Source: Candidatus Bathyarchaeota archaeon (GTDB lineage: Archaea > Thermoproteota > Bathyarchaeia > Bathyarchaeales > Bathycorpusculaceae). From it: a DNA stretch of 64,000 nucleotides. The stretch covers positions 32,001-96,000 of the forward strand of contig CAWHVC010000003.1 of NCBI GenBank assembly GCA_963832745.1. The letters are read 5' to 3'. A program made the position numbers and the translations under genes. Positions 1-11,156 of this stretch are shown here, in pieces (position 1 is the first letter of the stretch; the number at the start of each line of letters is the position of its first letter). The notes beneath the pieces are model-generated. The model had not been told where the DNA came from and made no database searches. It saw only the letters and a list, made by a program, of their open reading frames with translations.

Positions 1-13
1 ATACGGTAAAATC

Positions 14-1146
14 ATGGAGGCAGGCACCTATTATTCCACGACCGACCTTAAAGCCATGGACGCCGGCTTGTGGCTAAAAGAAAACTACCCAGACAACACA
101 TCCGTCGTCGTCACGAAGGTTCCGGGCTTCTGGTTCCAAGAGTTCTCCGGCAAAAACGTCACCGCCCAAACTGAGGAAACAGTGCAGTACATGGACGTTG
201 CGGAAGCAGTCTTGAACTTGGCATATGAGCTTGAGCATCCTCAGACGATGCTAAAGGCTTACCAAGCTAAAGGAGACACACTTGACGAATACTATGTCAC
301 CATTCACAAAATCTGGATGCGCGCAGCACTCAGTTCATCAAGCGGTGACACCTTCTCCTATACTCTAAACGGCGTCTACCAAGAAGTAGGAATTGACCAG
401 TTTAACAAAGAAATCGTTTTCCAAAACCAGGCAGACCCAAAAAGCATCACCTTTGTCTTCTCAAACGACGACATAGTCCTCACCAAAACCATCAGTGTCC
501 AAAACAGCAGTTACCCATTCGACGTATCATGGACAGTTACACCGCTTAGGGGCCAAATAACCAACGCCAGCCTTTACTTGACCACCCATTTTGACTTGCA
601 ATACACGTTCGACGTTGCAGACATTCCGGGACTTATGAACTGGATCAACCCCTATGATGCACCCGAACACATCAAAACCACAAATCCAAATTGGGCTGCA
701 GCTTCCTTCAAGGCGCCAATCTCAAAGACAACTACATCGGTCTCTATGACGACACAAACAACGTCGGTTATGCCATGCACTTCAACGATTTGCCCACATG
801 GGGAAACATCGGTTCACTGCCCAACCGCCAGATCGATGCGGTGCGCTTCGTCTACAACTTTGATAACATCCAAGAGGGCCAAACTGTTGAGCGCTCCTAC
901 CAGACAGTGACGCTTTCACAGACCAGCTACCCAGCGCTCACGCGGGAGTCGCTACAGGGCTTATTTAGCCAAACCGTGGAGCCATTCAATGTTATACCCA
1001 GAGACTTCCGCAGCTACATAGAACAAGAAAACATCGGCTTCATAGTTTACGACCGAAACGAACTCGACACACAAATAATCAAGAGCAAAATACTACAACT
1101 CATCTACTCAAACGACAGATACGTAATCTTCAAAATAACAAAATAA
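14..1146 (+). CDS. C-terminal part of a large membrane/surface protein (starts before the window); one frameshift near 708 joins ORF 14..910 to ORF 691..1146
   Basis: Protein-like sequence runs ...PNWAAASF then continues in the other frame GANLKDNYIGLYD...YSNDRYVIFKITK; ttc-aa-ggc looks like a 1-nt loss in an A run. Confidence 0.6.
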
Positions 1147-1183
1147 CAGTTTTTTAGTTAATTTAATGAATAGATTTTTTTTA

Positions 1184-1225
1184 AAAATACTGTAAGGGCT
1201 CGCCAGGGATGAGCCCCAGTATTTT
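1184..1225. terminator. Stem-loop between convergent transcription units (gene 1 and tRNA-Leu)
   Basis: AAAATACTG-taa-GGGCTC-gccagggat-GAGCCC-CAGTATTTT, flanked by T/A tracts. Confidence 0.55.
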
Positions 1226-1231
1226 AAGCAG

Positions 1232-1350
1232 TGGTGGCGGGGGTGGGACTTGAACCCACGAAGGCCTGCGCCAGAGGATCTTAAGTCCTCCTCCATATCT
1301 TAGGTGCAATTATCTGGCCACCTATTTAGACCTGGCTCGGATACCCCGCC
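1232..1350 (-). tRNA. tRNA-Leu(TAA), encoded CCA, 31-nt D-loop intron (1295-1325)
   Basis: Acceptor GGCGGGG/CCCCGCC-A-CCA, anticodon arm GAGGA-CTTAAGA-TCCTC, long variable arm, T arm GTGGG-TTCAAGT-CCCAC; BHB-like GTCT/AGAT helix plus TAGGTG/CACCTA stem. Confidence 0.93.
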
Positions 1351-1456
1351 ACCAGCACCCCAATAGTCAACATGGTACACTTTAAGTTTTTTGGGTGCGC
1401 AAGAGAAAAAAGGTGTATTAAAAAACAAAAGGCATTTAATGGCTTAAGAATAGGCT

Positions 1457-1732
1457 TTATTGCGGATTTGTTTTTAGTTTTTCGATTTCCATGTTTAGGT
1501 GGTCAATTACTGCCTGTAGCCTCTTCTTTTTGCGCTCTAAAATTTCAATCATTTCGTCCTTAGTTGGTTTAAACAATGGTTCACCGCAAACAGGGCAACG
1601 CATACCAGACATCATGGCCATTTTCAAGCCCATTCCACCCATCGGACCCATTCCCATGCCCATTCCTGGCATGTGACTATGCATCATACCGTATCCGCCC
1701 CAGCCTGGACCCCACATGTTGTTTTCATGCAA
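1457..1732 (-). CDS. Small Met/Gly/His-rich protein with CPVCG motif and C-terminal coiled coil
   Basis: GGAGGTGA SD upstream of TTG; low-complexity MGMG region, CxxC, amphipathic helix. Confidence 0.7.
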   Translation of the reverse strand: MHENNMWGPGWGGYGMMHSHMPGMGMGMGPMGGMGLKMAMMSGMRCPVCGEPLFKPTKDEMIEILERKKKRLQAVIDHLNMEIEKLKTNPQ

Positions 1733-2003
1733 AAAAAATTCACCTCCATTTCAGCACAGAGATAAGAAACATCAAAAAATGAGTGACGCGGTCACTTATT
1801 GTTATGTGGCTACTTCTTTGAAGCCACTTTTTTGGTGTTTTTAAGGGCGGATAAAATTTGCTTAGGAGGTAGGTGCTAATGACGGAAAAACATTTCATTA
1901 GTATGTTGAATTTAAAGTGGAGCCTTTGTTGTTTAAGCGGGTGTGCTGAGAATGTTTTTTTATTAGGTTGGACGAATATAGGTTCCATTAGGTGAAACTT
2001 GCA

Positions 2004-2945
2004 ATGGGTAAAGGTTCAGGTTACGGTAAAGTAATCCTATTCGGCGAACACTTCGTAGTTCACGGAGTGCCCGGAATAGTTTCAGCAATAGACTCATCCA
2101 CAGACGCCACAGTAACAAAAGCCAAAAGTGGTCTTAACGTTAGGGATGAACGTAAAACCGCAAAAGGCTACAGCGAAGAAAAGCGGCTCCAGCAACTCGA
2201 ATCTATCGAACGCATGCTAAAAGCCATGGGCTTAGACCCAAAAACGCCACTTGACATCTGGATAGGCGGAAGCCTTCCCGGCTTCAGCGGCTTAGGCGCG
2301 TCGGCAGCAAGCAGTGTAGCAATCGCAAGAGCAATCTCTGAGGAACTCAACCTCAACTTATCAAACGAAAAAATTAACCAAATCGCCTACGAAGCAGAAA
2401 TTGCTTATGCAGGCAACCCCAGCGGCATCGACAACACCGCCGCAACCTACGGTGGCTTAATGTGGTTTAAGAAAAACCCAGCGGGCGGACAAGACTACGT
2501 TGAAAAAATTCATATCCGCAAGCCAGTTGAAATCGTGATTGGCAGCACAGGCAAAGTCGCCAACACCAAAGCTATGGTTGAAGGCGTAGCAGAACGCAAA
2601 AAGAGAGACCCCGCCAAATATGACCCGCTCTTCAAGCAAGCGGAAAACCTTGCAGTTGTCGGACGCAAAGCCTTGGAAGCAGGAGACCTTAAAAAAGTCG
2701 GTGACCTCATGAACGAAAATCACCGTATCTTGCAAGAAATCGGCGTATCCAGCAAAGAACTCGACCAACTTGTTGACATAGCACGCAAACAGGGCGCGTT
2801 TGGCGCAAAATTGACAGGCGGCGGTGGTGGAGGATGCATGGTTGCATTGACGCCGGGCAAAGAAGTTCAAGGCAAAGTGGTTGGCGCCTTTAAGGGTGCT
2901 GGTTTTGAATATTTGATGACCAGAATAGGCGTCGTAACATACTAA
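2004..2945 (+). CDS. mvk: Mevalonate kinase
   Basis: GKVILFGEHFVVHG, PGFSGLGASAA (GHMP motif), GNPSGIDN, GAKLTGGGGGG; AGGTGA SD before ATG 2004. Confidence 0.95.
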   Translation: MGKGSGYGKVILFGEHFVVHGVPGIVSAIDSSTDATVTKAKSGLNVRDERKTAKGYSEEKRLQQLESIERMLKAMGLDPKTPLDIWIGGSLPGFSGLGASAASSVAIARAISEELNLNLSNEKINQIAYEAEIAYAGNPSGIDNTAATYGGLMWFKKNPAGGQDYVEKIHIRKPVEIVIGSTGKVANTKAMVEGVAERKKRDPAKYDPLFKQAENLAVVGRKALEAGDLKKVGDLMNENHRILQEIGVSSKELDQLVDIARKQGAFGAKLTGGGGGGCMVALTPGKEVQGKVVGAFKGAGFEYLMTRIGVVTY

Positions 2946-3103
2946 ACAATGTATACTGGGCTTTTTAGCCCGTATTTGATTTTTTCGTACTTTGATTTCA
3001 ATGCAATCGGTAACTGGTGAACATCAGGGAAAAGTTTGAAAGTGATGATCTAAGGCTCAACGTATAGCATGAATTATGATTCATATCTATGATTACGATT
3101 CAC

Positions 3104-3128
3104 GGGTTCGAATCCCAGCGGTCCCACA
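3104..3128 (+). repeat. tRNA-Pro-like 3'-end fragment (att scar), copy 1
   Basis: GGGTTCGAATCCCAGCGGTCCCACA = T loop plus acceptor 3' strand; no 5' half upstream. Confidence 0.65.
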
Positions 3129-3257
3129 ATCCCTGACTCGAAAAGGGTACTGAATTTTTCTCTTTTTCACCTATACTTTTTTGGGTTAAGTGCCATCAGG
3201 TGTTTATTGCAATTATTTGAGATTAAGAGCCTTTAAAGTGTAAAACGTGTTTGTGGC

Positions 3258-4112
3258 TCATGGTTTTGTATGTTGGTTGAGTGTCATGTCCATACTTAGG
3301 TTCATCGTATAGTTTAGCGCTTGGTAAGTTGATGATTGATAACTTACTGTTTCCTGCATTGTTGATTTAATTTGCCGCATTGTTCCATACTCAATGAAAA
3401 CTGTATAGTTCATCTCTGTGCTTCCAGACATGTTAACGCTGGGAACCTCCAGGTGCATGTTGCCAGTAGTGATGCTTACCTTGACTACTTTGTATGTGCC
3501 GGCAGGCACCGTTAGTTCTTCAATACCTTCAAAAGTAATCGTTAAGTTGTCTTTTATGCCTATACTAGAAAGCGCGCTTGGATAGGGTACGGTAATGGAA
3601 TCGCCAACTTTAACTTCGGACTTATTCAATAATTGAGTAAGGTAAGAATCTCCGGAAATGCCTGTGCTAGTAAAGGATGCCTGCGATGAGTCTCCAAGGT
3701 TTAGCATAAAGGTTGAGTAACCAGTTTTATTCATTGTTTCAAGCACTGAAAAGTTAAGTGGCTTCCCCAAAATATCCATTGTAGTAGTATGATTCAATGT
3801 ATAGAACGCGCCATCAAAATCAACAACTTCAACAGTCTGTGTTGAATCCATTGTCATATTGCTAATTGCACCCAGACCAGTGCCAGTTATTACTGTGTTA
3901 TACACCATTCTTTCGCCAACTTGAAAGTCTGCGGTGAGCGGTATTGCCGCTGCACCTTGAGGAAACAAAAGGGCCACAGCAACTATCACAACAACTATTA
4001 CAGCAAGTAAAGCGTAAAGCTTCTTGCCAAACCATTTAAAACCTGCAGAATTTGGCGCTTAATTATCTGTTGAAGGATTCCCTGAAGAAGTAGTGTAGAT
4101 TCTGTTTAGCAT
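3258..4112 (-). pseudogene. Secreted/membrane-anchored beta-rich protein; in-frame TAA at 4059-4061 (or a later start)
   Basis: The frame extends upstream of ORF 3258..3989 through KKLYALLAVIVVV to ATG 4112; contains the LTVPAGTY motif. Confidence 0.55.
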
Positions 4113-4208
4113 GCTTGTTTCGCCAACCTACAGCTTATGCAAGCAGTATTAATTTCTACACTTTAGGACATCCAATCTTAAGGAAAGAGCCATGAGCTTC
4201 CAATAACA

Positions 4209-5399
4209 TTACAGCGAAATTGCCTTTTTCTTTCTTAAGTAAACCAAAGCCAGAAATATCATCACTACCACGATTGCAGCTAAACTGCCCACAATGATTC
4301 CATCGAAAACGATCGAGTCACTGCCTGCATCATCAATGTTATTAGATTTGTCAGTAGTATCTATGTCAAAATCATTGCTGACTATAAAAATGTCGTCATT
4401 AGATTCAAAGATAATTTTGTTCCCGCTGTTACTGATAGATGGATATTGGTCTTTCACAGTATTACTTGTTAACTGTGTTAATCCTGTTCCGTCTGAATTG
4501 ACAACGAAAATTTCTGTGAAACTATCAAAGCCTTGTTGAAAAACTACTTTTGTGCCGTCACCGCTGATACGGGAATATGAGTCGCCTAGGTCGTTATTTG
4601 TCAGCTGGATTAATCCGGAACCATCACTGTTTACGATGAATATTTCAGTAGCGTTTTCATCAAGCATTGTTGAGCTTTGTGTAAATGCCACTTTGCCACC
4701 ATCTCCACTGATTGATGGCCAACTGCTTTTGCTGTTATCAGCATTATATGTTAACTGTGTTAACCCTGAACCGTCAGAGTTAACAACAGAAATGTTAGCC
4801 ATTCTGCTGATTCCATCCGGAAACGCAATTTTGCTTCCAGCATAATCTATAGTGGGATTAGTTACAAAAGGAACGTAATCTCCTTTGTTGGCAGTTAGTT
4901 GCTTTAATCCGGACCCATCAGAATTTACCACATAAAGCAATACGTTATTACCCGTTTTGCGAGTGAATGCAATTTTGTTTCCATCCCCACTAATGGCTAA
5001 CTGTGCATCATCGTAGGAACCATCGGTTAACTCCCTGAAACCGGACCCATCAGCGTTAATAATGCATATTTGACGTTGACCAAAAATCCCATGTCTAAAC
5101 GCAACTCTGCTACCATCACTACTAAGAAAGGGTGCTCTGTCATCAACAGAGTTATCTGTTAACTGCGTTAATCCCGTGCCATCAGAGTTAATAACAAAAA
5201 TTTCCCAATCATCACCGTCATTACGGGCGAATGCTACTTTGCTACCATCACCACTAATGGTAGAATCTGCTTCTTTGTCAGGGCTTTGAGTCAAATTCAT
5301 AGGCATTTCCCAAGAAATACCGTTGACATTGAGTACAAAAGAAAAATGAACGCTTAGAAATAATACAAGCACGACAACAAAAATTGTCTTTCTTTTCAT
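4209..5399 (-). CDS. TolB-like (PD40/WD40) beta-propeller surface protein with signal peptide and C-terminal TM anchor
   Basis: Repeated ISGDGxKVAF...EIFVVNSDGxGLTQLT units. Confidence 0.88.
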   Translation of the reverse strand: MKRKTIFVVVLVLFLSVHFSFVLNVNGISWEMPMNLTQSPDKEADSTISGDGSKVAFARNDGDDWEIFVINSDGTGLTQLTDNSVDDRAPFLSSDGSRVAFRHGIFGQRQICIINADGSGFRELTDGSYDDAQLAISGDGNKIAFTRKTGNNVLLYVVNSDGSGLKQLTANKGDYVPFVTNPTIDYAGSKIAFPDGISRMANISVVNSDGSGLTQLTYNADNSKSSWPSISGDGGKVAFTQSSTMLDENATEIFIVNSDGSGLIQLTNNDLGDSYSRISGDGTKVVFQQGFDSFTEIFVVNSDGTGLTQLTSNTVKDQYPSISNSGNKIIFESNDDIFIVSNDFDIDTTDKSNNIDDAGSDSIVFDGIIVGSLAAIVVVMIFLALVYLRKKKAISL

Positions 5400-5710
5400 A
5401 AAAATACGCCTCTTACAGTTTCTTCAAAAAATTGAGTTAAGGCAATCAAAAAAGACTTGGATAAACTGCTTAGACATGCAGTATCTAAAACTGGTTCAGC
5501 TATTAGGTCATCGCTGCCAAAGTACTCTCGGATTTTACTCCGCGAAACACAGCCATACATAAGCATATTCCCTCGATTGCCACTATTAACTATTGAAAAA
5601 ATATTTATTTCTATACAATAGTACACATGTTTTATTGTTTAAACTAAGTAAAAAAAGACCACAAACTATAACTCAATAAACATAAAAACAAAAACTTTTT
5701 ACGGCTTTAT

Positions 5711-6616
5711 ATGAATAAGCTTTGTGGTCGTTTATTTGCAATCTCTTCAGTATTTCGGCGTATACCTTATCCAGTAGGAAGACTACGGATTTTTAGCGCG
5801 ATATTTTTAGCGATTTTTTCAGGAATTGCACTTTTTTTAGGTTCCACAAATCTTGAATGGTTCACTCCAATGCGTTTAACATATCTTTTTTACGGAATTA
5901 TTATAGGTATTTTTTTAGGCTTATTCGAAACTAAACTGGTACTGTCTAAGTTATCAAAAAATAGTGAAACCCTAATTTGGCAAGTTTGGATAGCCAATAT
6001 TGTTTTGTTTGGACTACTCTTGATAGTGTTAATACAGATCTTTGGAAATTCAGAGTTTTGGCCATTCATCACCTACGTTTTTCCACTTATTCCAGCTTTC
6101 CTTGCCGTAAGTGGCTGGTATTTCAGCAAGTTTGAGACCATAAACAAAGTAAACGTCTTTGTGTTTTATTTTGGTTTTAAATATTGGAAATTTCCAAGTC
6201 CTGATATTGATGAACGATTTCAGCGCTTTTTGGAAGATGTTGCTTCAAAGGACATTACGCAATTCTGGGGACAAATAGGTTCATCTTTGGGCTATGTCGG
6301 ATACACAAAAATATTTGAAAAAATACTGATGGAAAAGAAAGACATGGATAATGCAAAAAAAATAAAGCTAAATAGAATCATAAAGGCGATGAATACTTTT
6401 AGAATAGCAGCAATAGTTTGTCTTTTGATAATGCTTATTTCTGCTTTTACCATAATTATACTGCTTTTGGGAGTGTCCTCAGGTTATTTCCAATTTAAAT
6501 TTAATATAGTGCAATTTATAGGTCCCGCTTCAGGAGTAATATTGTTCGGATTTTTTACCAGTTACTTTATTCTTATGTATACCTTTCAGAGAAAAATGTC
6601 TAAATTGTTCCAATAA
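5711..6616 (+). CDS. Multi-pass membrane protein of unknown function, AT-rich
   Basis: 301-aa ORF with about 6 hydrophobic segments. Confidence 0.65.
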   Translation: MNKLCGRLFAISSVFRRIPYPVGRLRIFSAIFLAIFSGIALFLGSTNLEWFTPMRLTYLFYGIIIGIFLGLFETKLVLSKLSKNSETLIWQVWIANIVLFGLLLIVLIQIFGNSEFWPFITYVFPLIPAFLAVSGWYFSKFETINKVNVFVFYFGFKYWKFPSPDIDERFQRFLEDVASKDITQFWGQIGSSLGYVGYTKIFEKILMEKKDMDNAKKIKLNRIIKAMNTFRIAAIVCLLIMLISAFTIIILLLGVSSGYFQFKFNIVQFIGPASGVILFGFFTSYFILMYTFQRKMSKLFQ

Positions 6617-6677
6617 TAAAAAAATAAGTGCATAATTTAAAATAAAAAAAAGGTTGATTGTTTTTTGCTTTTACTGC

Positions 6678-9176
6678 TTATTTCTTGCGAAGTACTATCA
6701 GGCCGACGATTGCTACTGCAATGATGATTGCAATAACGCCGAGAATGATGGTTGTTGATACGTTGCTGGTGATTGAGTCAAAGTTGACTGGTGTTGCTGT
6801 TGCGGTGGTTGCGGCTGGTATTACTGTCAGTTTCGTTACTGAGCTAGATGGCCAGTATGAATTGGTTCCTGCAAAGGTAGCTTTGATTGTATACACACCG
6901 GTAGTTTCTGGAACAAAGCTAAAGCCGTATGTGCCTGATGAATCTGTTGTGGTTGTGCCAATATTGACTGTATTGCCGTTAGGGTCAACCGCTGTCAAGG
7001 TCACTGTAACACCTTCAGGTTGTGGCGGGTTGTTTAGCAGTGTTGAGTTTTGCATATGTTTATAGTCCATCCATTCGCTCATTGAGGAATCAGAAACTGC
7101 TGAAACACCTGGTTTCGCTGGAGATTGATCCAATACATTGCCTTTTATGAGAACTGTTGCATGATTGGCTACGACATCATTTTGTATGGTTACTGAAGTT
7201 GAAGTCTCGCCCTTGCCTATGCAGTAGAGTTTTCCGTCGTACGCGCTTAAGCCTATGATGTAACCGTTTGCTGCAGCCCATGGAACAACTCCACCATTTA
7301 AAGTCTAAGTAGTATCTCCTGTAGTAGCATTTGTGCATACTAGCATTCCTTGTCTAGGAATAGGGTTGATTTGATATGCAACAGAGTAGCCCCCGTAGGT
7401 ATAGATATTGCCGCCTTCCATGACCATGCCAATCCAGTAGGGCACTACATTATTGGTATATTCAGTAGAAGCAAAAGCTGTGCTTTCCCAAACTAAGTCG
7501 CCTGTCTGCAAACTCAAAGCGCGAATTGAGCCATCAGGGAACATAAGATATAAGTTGTTTTCGTCATTTGTCCAAGAGTTATAAACTGTGTATTGTGAAG
7601 TCCATGGAGAATCTGCAAAACTTTCACTTGTCCATAATTCAGCGCCAGTAAGCATTGAATAGCAATGGAATGTTGCATCAACAGGATTAAAGGTGACAAA
7701 GCCGTTTATGTTTGAGCGATATAAAGCAAATGCCTCGCCGACTGAATAGGGTATGGTAAGGTTCCATAGCGATGTGCCATCTTTTGCGCTGAAGCCCCAG
7801 TATTGATTGGCGGCGTCATCTTTATTGGCTAACACTATTGTAGATAGATCTGCTGATATTCCAAGAAGAGATGCTGAAGGCTCAAAGAGTGGGCTTGTCC
7901 ATGTAATTCCTGTAGGCCAATTTTCGTCGACTACTTGCGACATGTCCCAAGCAAACAAGTTGTCACCTTCTATTCCATATGCAAAATTGGTGCCATCAAC
8001 TAGTCTATAGATAGATGCAGAGGCATTATCGATGGAGCGCATTAGTGTTCCAGTCAAGGGGTCATAGAAGTTCCATGTAGGGCCAGAAAAGAACCACCAT
8101 ACAGGGCTAGAGGTTCCAAACAGGTAAGGTGTTGAATAGGCTCCATAAGAATTGGCGAGAACTACGGAAGGATCAAGAAAGCTAAGGGCATATGCGTCTC
8201 CAGGTAAGCGTAGGCCAGCTTGGATCGAGCCATCGGCTGTATACAATACTTGTCCTGTTGTTAAATCGATGCATTCAAACTTGCCAGCATTGGGTATATT
8301 TACGAATACTTTGCCATCCATAACTACAGCGCCTTGACCAGCATAATTAGGAGATCCATAACTTCTGCTGCCATAATCTCCGCCAACTATGCCGCCTGTG
8401 TTAAGCGGTTGGCTCCAGACTACATGCCCAGTGTTGGGTCCTGAACCATATGGCTGCCACAAATTACAACCAACACCACTAATAACAGTAGATTTAACTA
8501 AACCATATTGCAGCCAGTCGCCTGAGATTTGGCTCCATTCTCTGTTGTTACTGTTTATGGGGTAGCTCCAGTAAGTATTATCGTTTGGTAGTTGTGCCCA
8601 TGGATAACCGTTGAGAAGACCTGCGTTTACTGGGTCAGTCTGTACTGTAAAAGAGGCTGTATTACTAGTGCACGCGGTATATTGTATAGTTCCAGTGTCG
8701 TCAGTTATGTTCTGTGCAGGCATTGTGAAGGATACGCTCCAGTTACCCGCCATATCAGGCTTATAAAAGAAGAAAATGCTGCCAATTGACTCTGTTTGTC
8801 CAGGTGCAAGTGTGCCTGTCCCATCTACGGGCATAAAGGTATCCTTAGATCCATCAGGTTTTACGAAGGTTACAGTGACTCCATTATAGCCTTGGTAATA
8901 TGTGTCTTGAGCATAGTTTTTAGGTCCCGGAAAAACCCAAAGATTCACTGTCGCTTGCTGACCAACCCCAATAAGTGTTGGTGCAATACTGGCAAAACCT
9001 GCAGTTTTAACCGGCTGAGGAATAACTTCTTGAGCCGAACTTGGTTGAGCAAAAGTCATCATCATTGTCATAGCTAACATCAGAATCAACGAAACCGAGA
9101 AGACTGCCTTTGTATTTCCACTTAATTTATCGCTTAAAATTCTTAAATTTCTAGTCATTTTTGTTTTCCTTTTCAA
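6678..9176 (-). pseudogene. PQQ-like beta-propeller surface protein interrupted by one in-frame TAG (7305-7307)
   Basis: ...ATTGDTT*TLNGGVVPWAAANGYIIGLSAYDGKLYCIGKG reads in frame into ORF 6678..7133, which ends in a TM anchor plus RKK. Confidence 0.8.
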
Positions 9177-9219
9177 ATTTTATGTCGTTACCTGTATGGC
9201 TAAAATGATAAAATCATAA

Positions 9220-9280
9220 GCGAGTGGGGCTACCACTAGCAAAAAAATTATGGGTGCGAGTGGGACCTTCACCAGCAAAA
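9220..9280. promoter_or_regulatory. Tandem 25-bp imperfect-palindrome operator between divergent PQQ and TrmB genes
   Basis: GCGAGTGGGGCTACCACTAGCAAAA (9220) and GCGAGTGGGACCTTCACCAGCAAAA (9256), 20/25 identical, followed by TTATAAAT. Confidence 0.7.
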
Positions 9281-9321
9281 TTATAAATGTCTACTCGCCT
9301 GAAAATTATAAACGAGTTAAC

Positions 9322-10137
9322 GTGTCGGATAATAATGATGAGCTAAAAACTCTCTGTGACTTGGGGCTAACGCTCCAACAAGCAAGGGTATATTTGGCTT
9401 TTGTTAGAATTGGGATAGCATCTGTCCAGGAGGCATCAGCGGTTGCAAACATAGATAGAAGTGAATGCTACCGCGTTAGCTGTCAACTCATAGAAAAGGG
9501 GCTTATAACCAAAGTTCTCACTTCACCCATAAAATATGAAGCTATTATGTTTGATGCGGTAATAAGGAACTTACTTTTAAAAAGGAAAAATGAAGTATCA
9601 TTGCTCGAAAAGAAAACAGAAAATATGCTTAAAAAAATGAAAACGAAGGATAAACCAGTAATTATCAATGAAGCCAATAATGGCATATACGTTGTCCAGA
9701 TGAGTCCTGCTGCAGTGGAACAGGTAAATCACTATTTAGCAAGTGTTGTAGAAAGCTTTGATGCAGTTATGGATGTACAATGGTTTGAATCGAATCAAAA
9801 TGTTACTTACGAGGGGGACATAAGGGCGCTGCAAAGGGGGGTAAAATATCGAATGTTAATATCAGATGCAAACGGCACCTTTGACATTAAAAGATTCCCA
9901 AAATATCTGGAAGAAATAGGTTTTGATCTTAGATTAACAACTGAGTCTATTGCCACACCTTTGAGTGTTTTAGATAAAAAAGCCGCTTGTATATTTATTT
10001 CAGGAGAGAATGTTTTAAAGGCATCTTGTCTCTTCACCAAAAATGAGCGCATGATAAAGATAGTTCAGCACTATTTTGATACTTTATGGATAAATTCAAT
10101 AAAGGTAGAAATGGAAAGAAGCGCAGACCCCCAATAG
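9322..10137 (+). CDS. TrmB-family transcriptional regulator
   Basis: LGLTLQQARVYLAF...IDRSECYRV...LIEKGLI wHTH plus C-terminal effector domain (HYFDTLW); GTG 9322 lies downstream of the TATA box. Confidence 0.88.
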   Translation: MSDNNDELKTLCDLGLTLQQARVYLAFVRIGIASVQEASAVANIDRSECYRVSCQLIEKGLITKVLTSPIKYEAIMFDAVIRNLLLKRKNEVSLLEKKTENMLKKMKTKDKPVIINEANNGIYVVQMSPAAVEQVNHYLASVVESFDAVMDVQWFESNQNVTYEGDIRALQRGVKYRMLISDANGTFDIKRFPKYLEEIGFDLRLTTESIATPLSVLDKKAACIFISGENVLKASCLFTKNERMIKIVQHYFDTLWINSIKVEMERSADPQ

Positions 10138-10644
10138 TCCCGTTTGGATAAAACGGCACCTTGAATGCATCACATAGTGTTTATTGATAAATTGCTGCGA
10201 ACAAATTATCTTAAAAAAGTGAAAAAATGGAAAATGAAGCTAACGTAACAAAAATTGTATTTGATACTTTTTGCTTTATAGATAAGTTCCAAAAATGCAA
10301 GAATAACAGAAAACATTATAAAATACCTGTATCTTTGTTGAACTTTTTTATTCGTCAGGGCTTTTTCCAATAATCTTTTATGGGTCCGTTACTTGCTGAA
10401 ATTTTATGCGAAAATGGGTGATAATTGTCATAGCGGTAGCTATGTTTCTCGCATGCTTAATACTCCACCTTTATTCAGCGATTTCCTAGAATGCTTTGCA
10501 AATGACAAAATTACATTCATACACACTACTGATGAAACCCCGTTTTGTTATCTTCCACATTTGTTTATAGTCGTAGCCAAAACAAACATTCACAATCATC
10601 CCAATCAAGATACTTCTCGCAAACAAATACGAGAAAGCCATAAT

Positions 10645-11020
10645 TTGTCAGTTTTCAAAGGAAGAGAAGCAAAACTAAATCGAGTTATACTATTAATTCT
10701 CTTTCAACCAGCCCCTTGATTATTTATGATATCACTAAAGAAATCAAAAACAGAAGGGTTTTAAGTATACAAAATACACTAATGTTAACCGTAGAGTGAA
10801 AGCACTTCTAAAACAAGATTTTGTGGAAGCTGTCGGCAGCAGAGAAACCCAATCAGGGTTCAAAGGCACGCTGTATCAACCTACAATCAGAGCAAAAGTC
10901 GCCTTTTATTTAGATGAAATAAGCCCAGACCAGTTTATCAAAAAAACAAGTAAGGGTACATTAGCCACAGGATTAGCTACAATAGCGCTTTTCCTAGAAG
11001 ACATATGTGTACAAAAATAA
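10645..11020 (+). pseudogene. Winged-helix-like protein broken by two 1-nt frameshifts
   Basis: SVFKGREAKLNRVILLILFQ / SPLIIYDITKEIK / KGFKYTKYTNVNRRVKALLKQDFVE spread over three frames. Confidence 0.5.
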
Positions 11021-11156
11021 TTTATTTGATATGTCTTTTTAAGATAGATGACTTTACAGCCACTAACAAAGTCTCTACACTTGTGAAAGTCACTGTGCGT
11101 ATAGTATATCATGAGCCCAAAATTTTCTTAGCCTTAGCTTCGCAAGTAGCTTTAAG

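Noticed and set aside
9250-9321. N-terminal extension of TrmB in the ORF track
   Set aside because: It overlaps the operator repeat and TATA box; GTG 9322 fits the domain start
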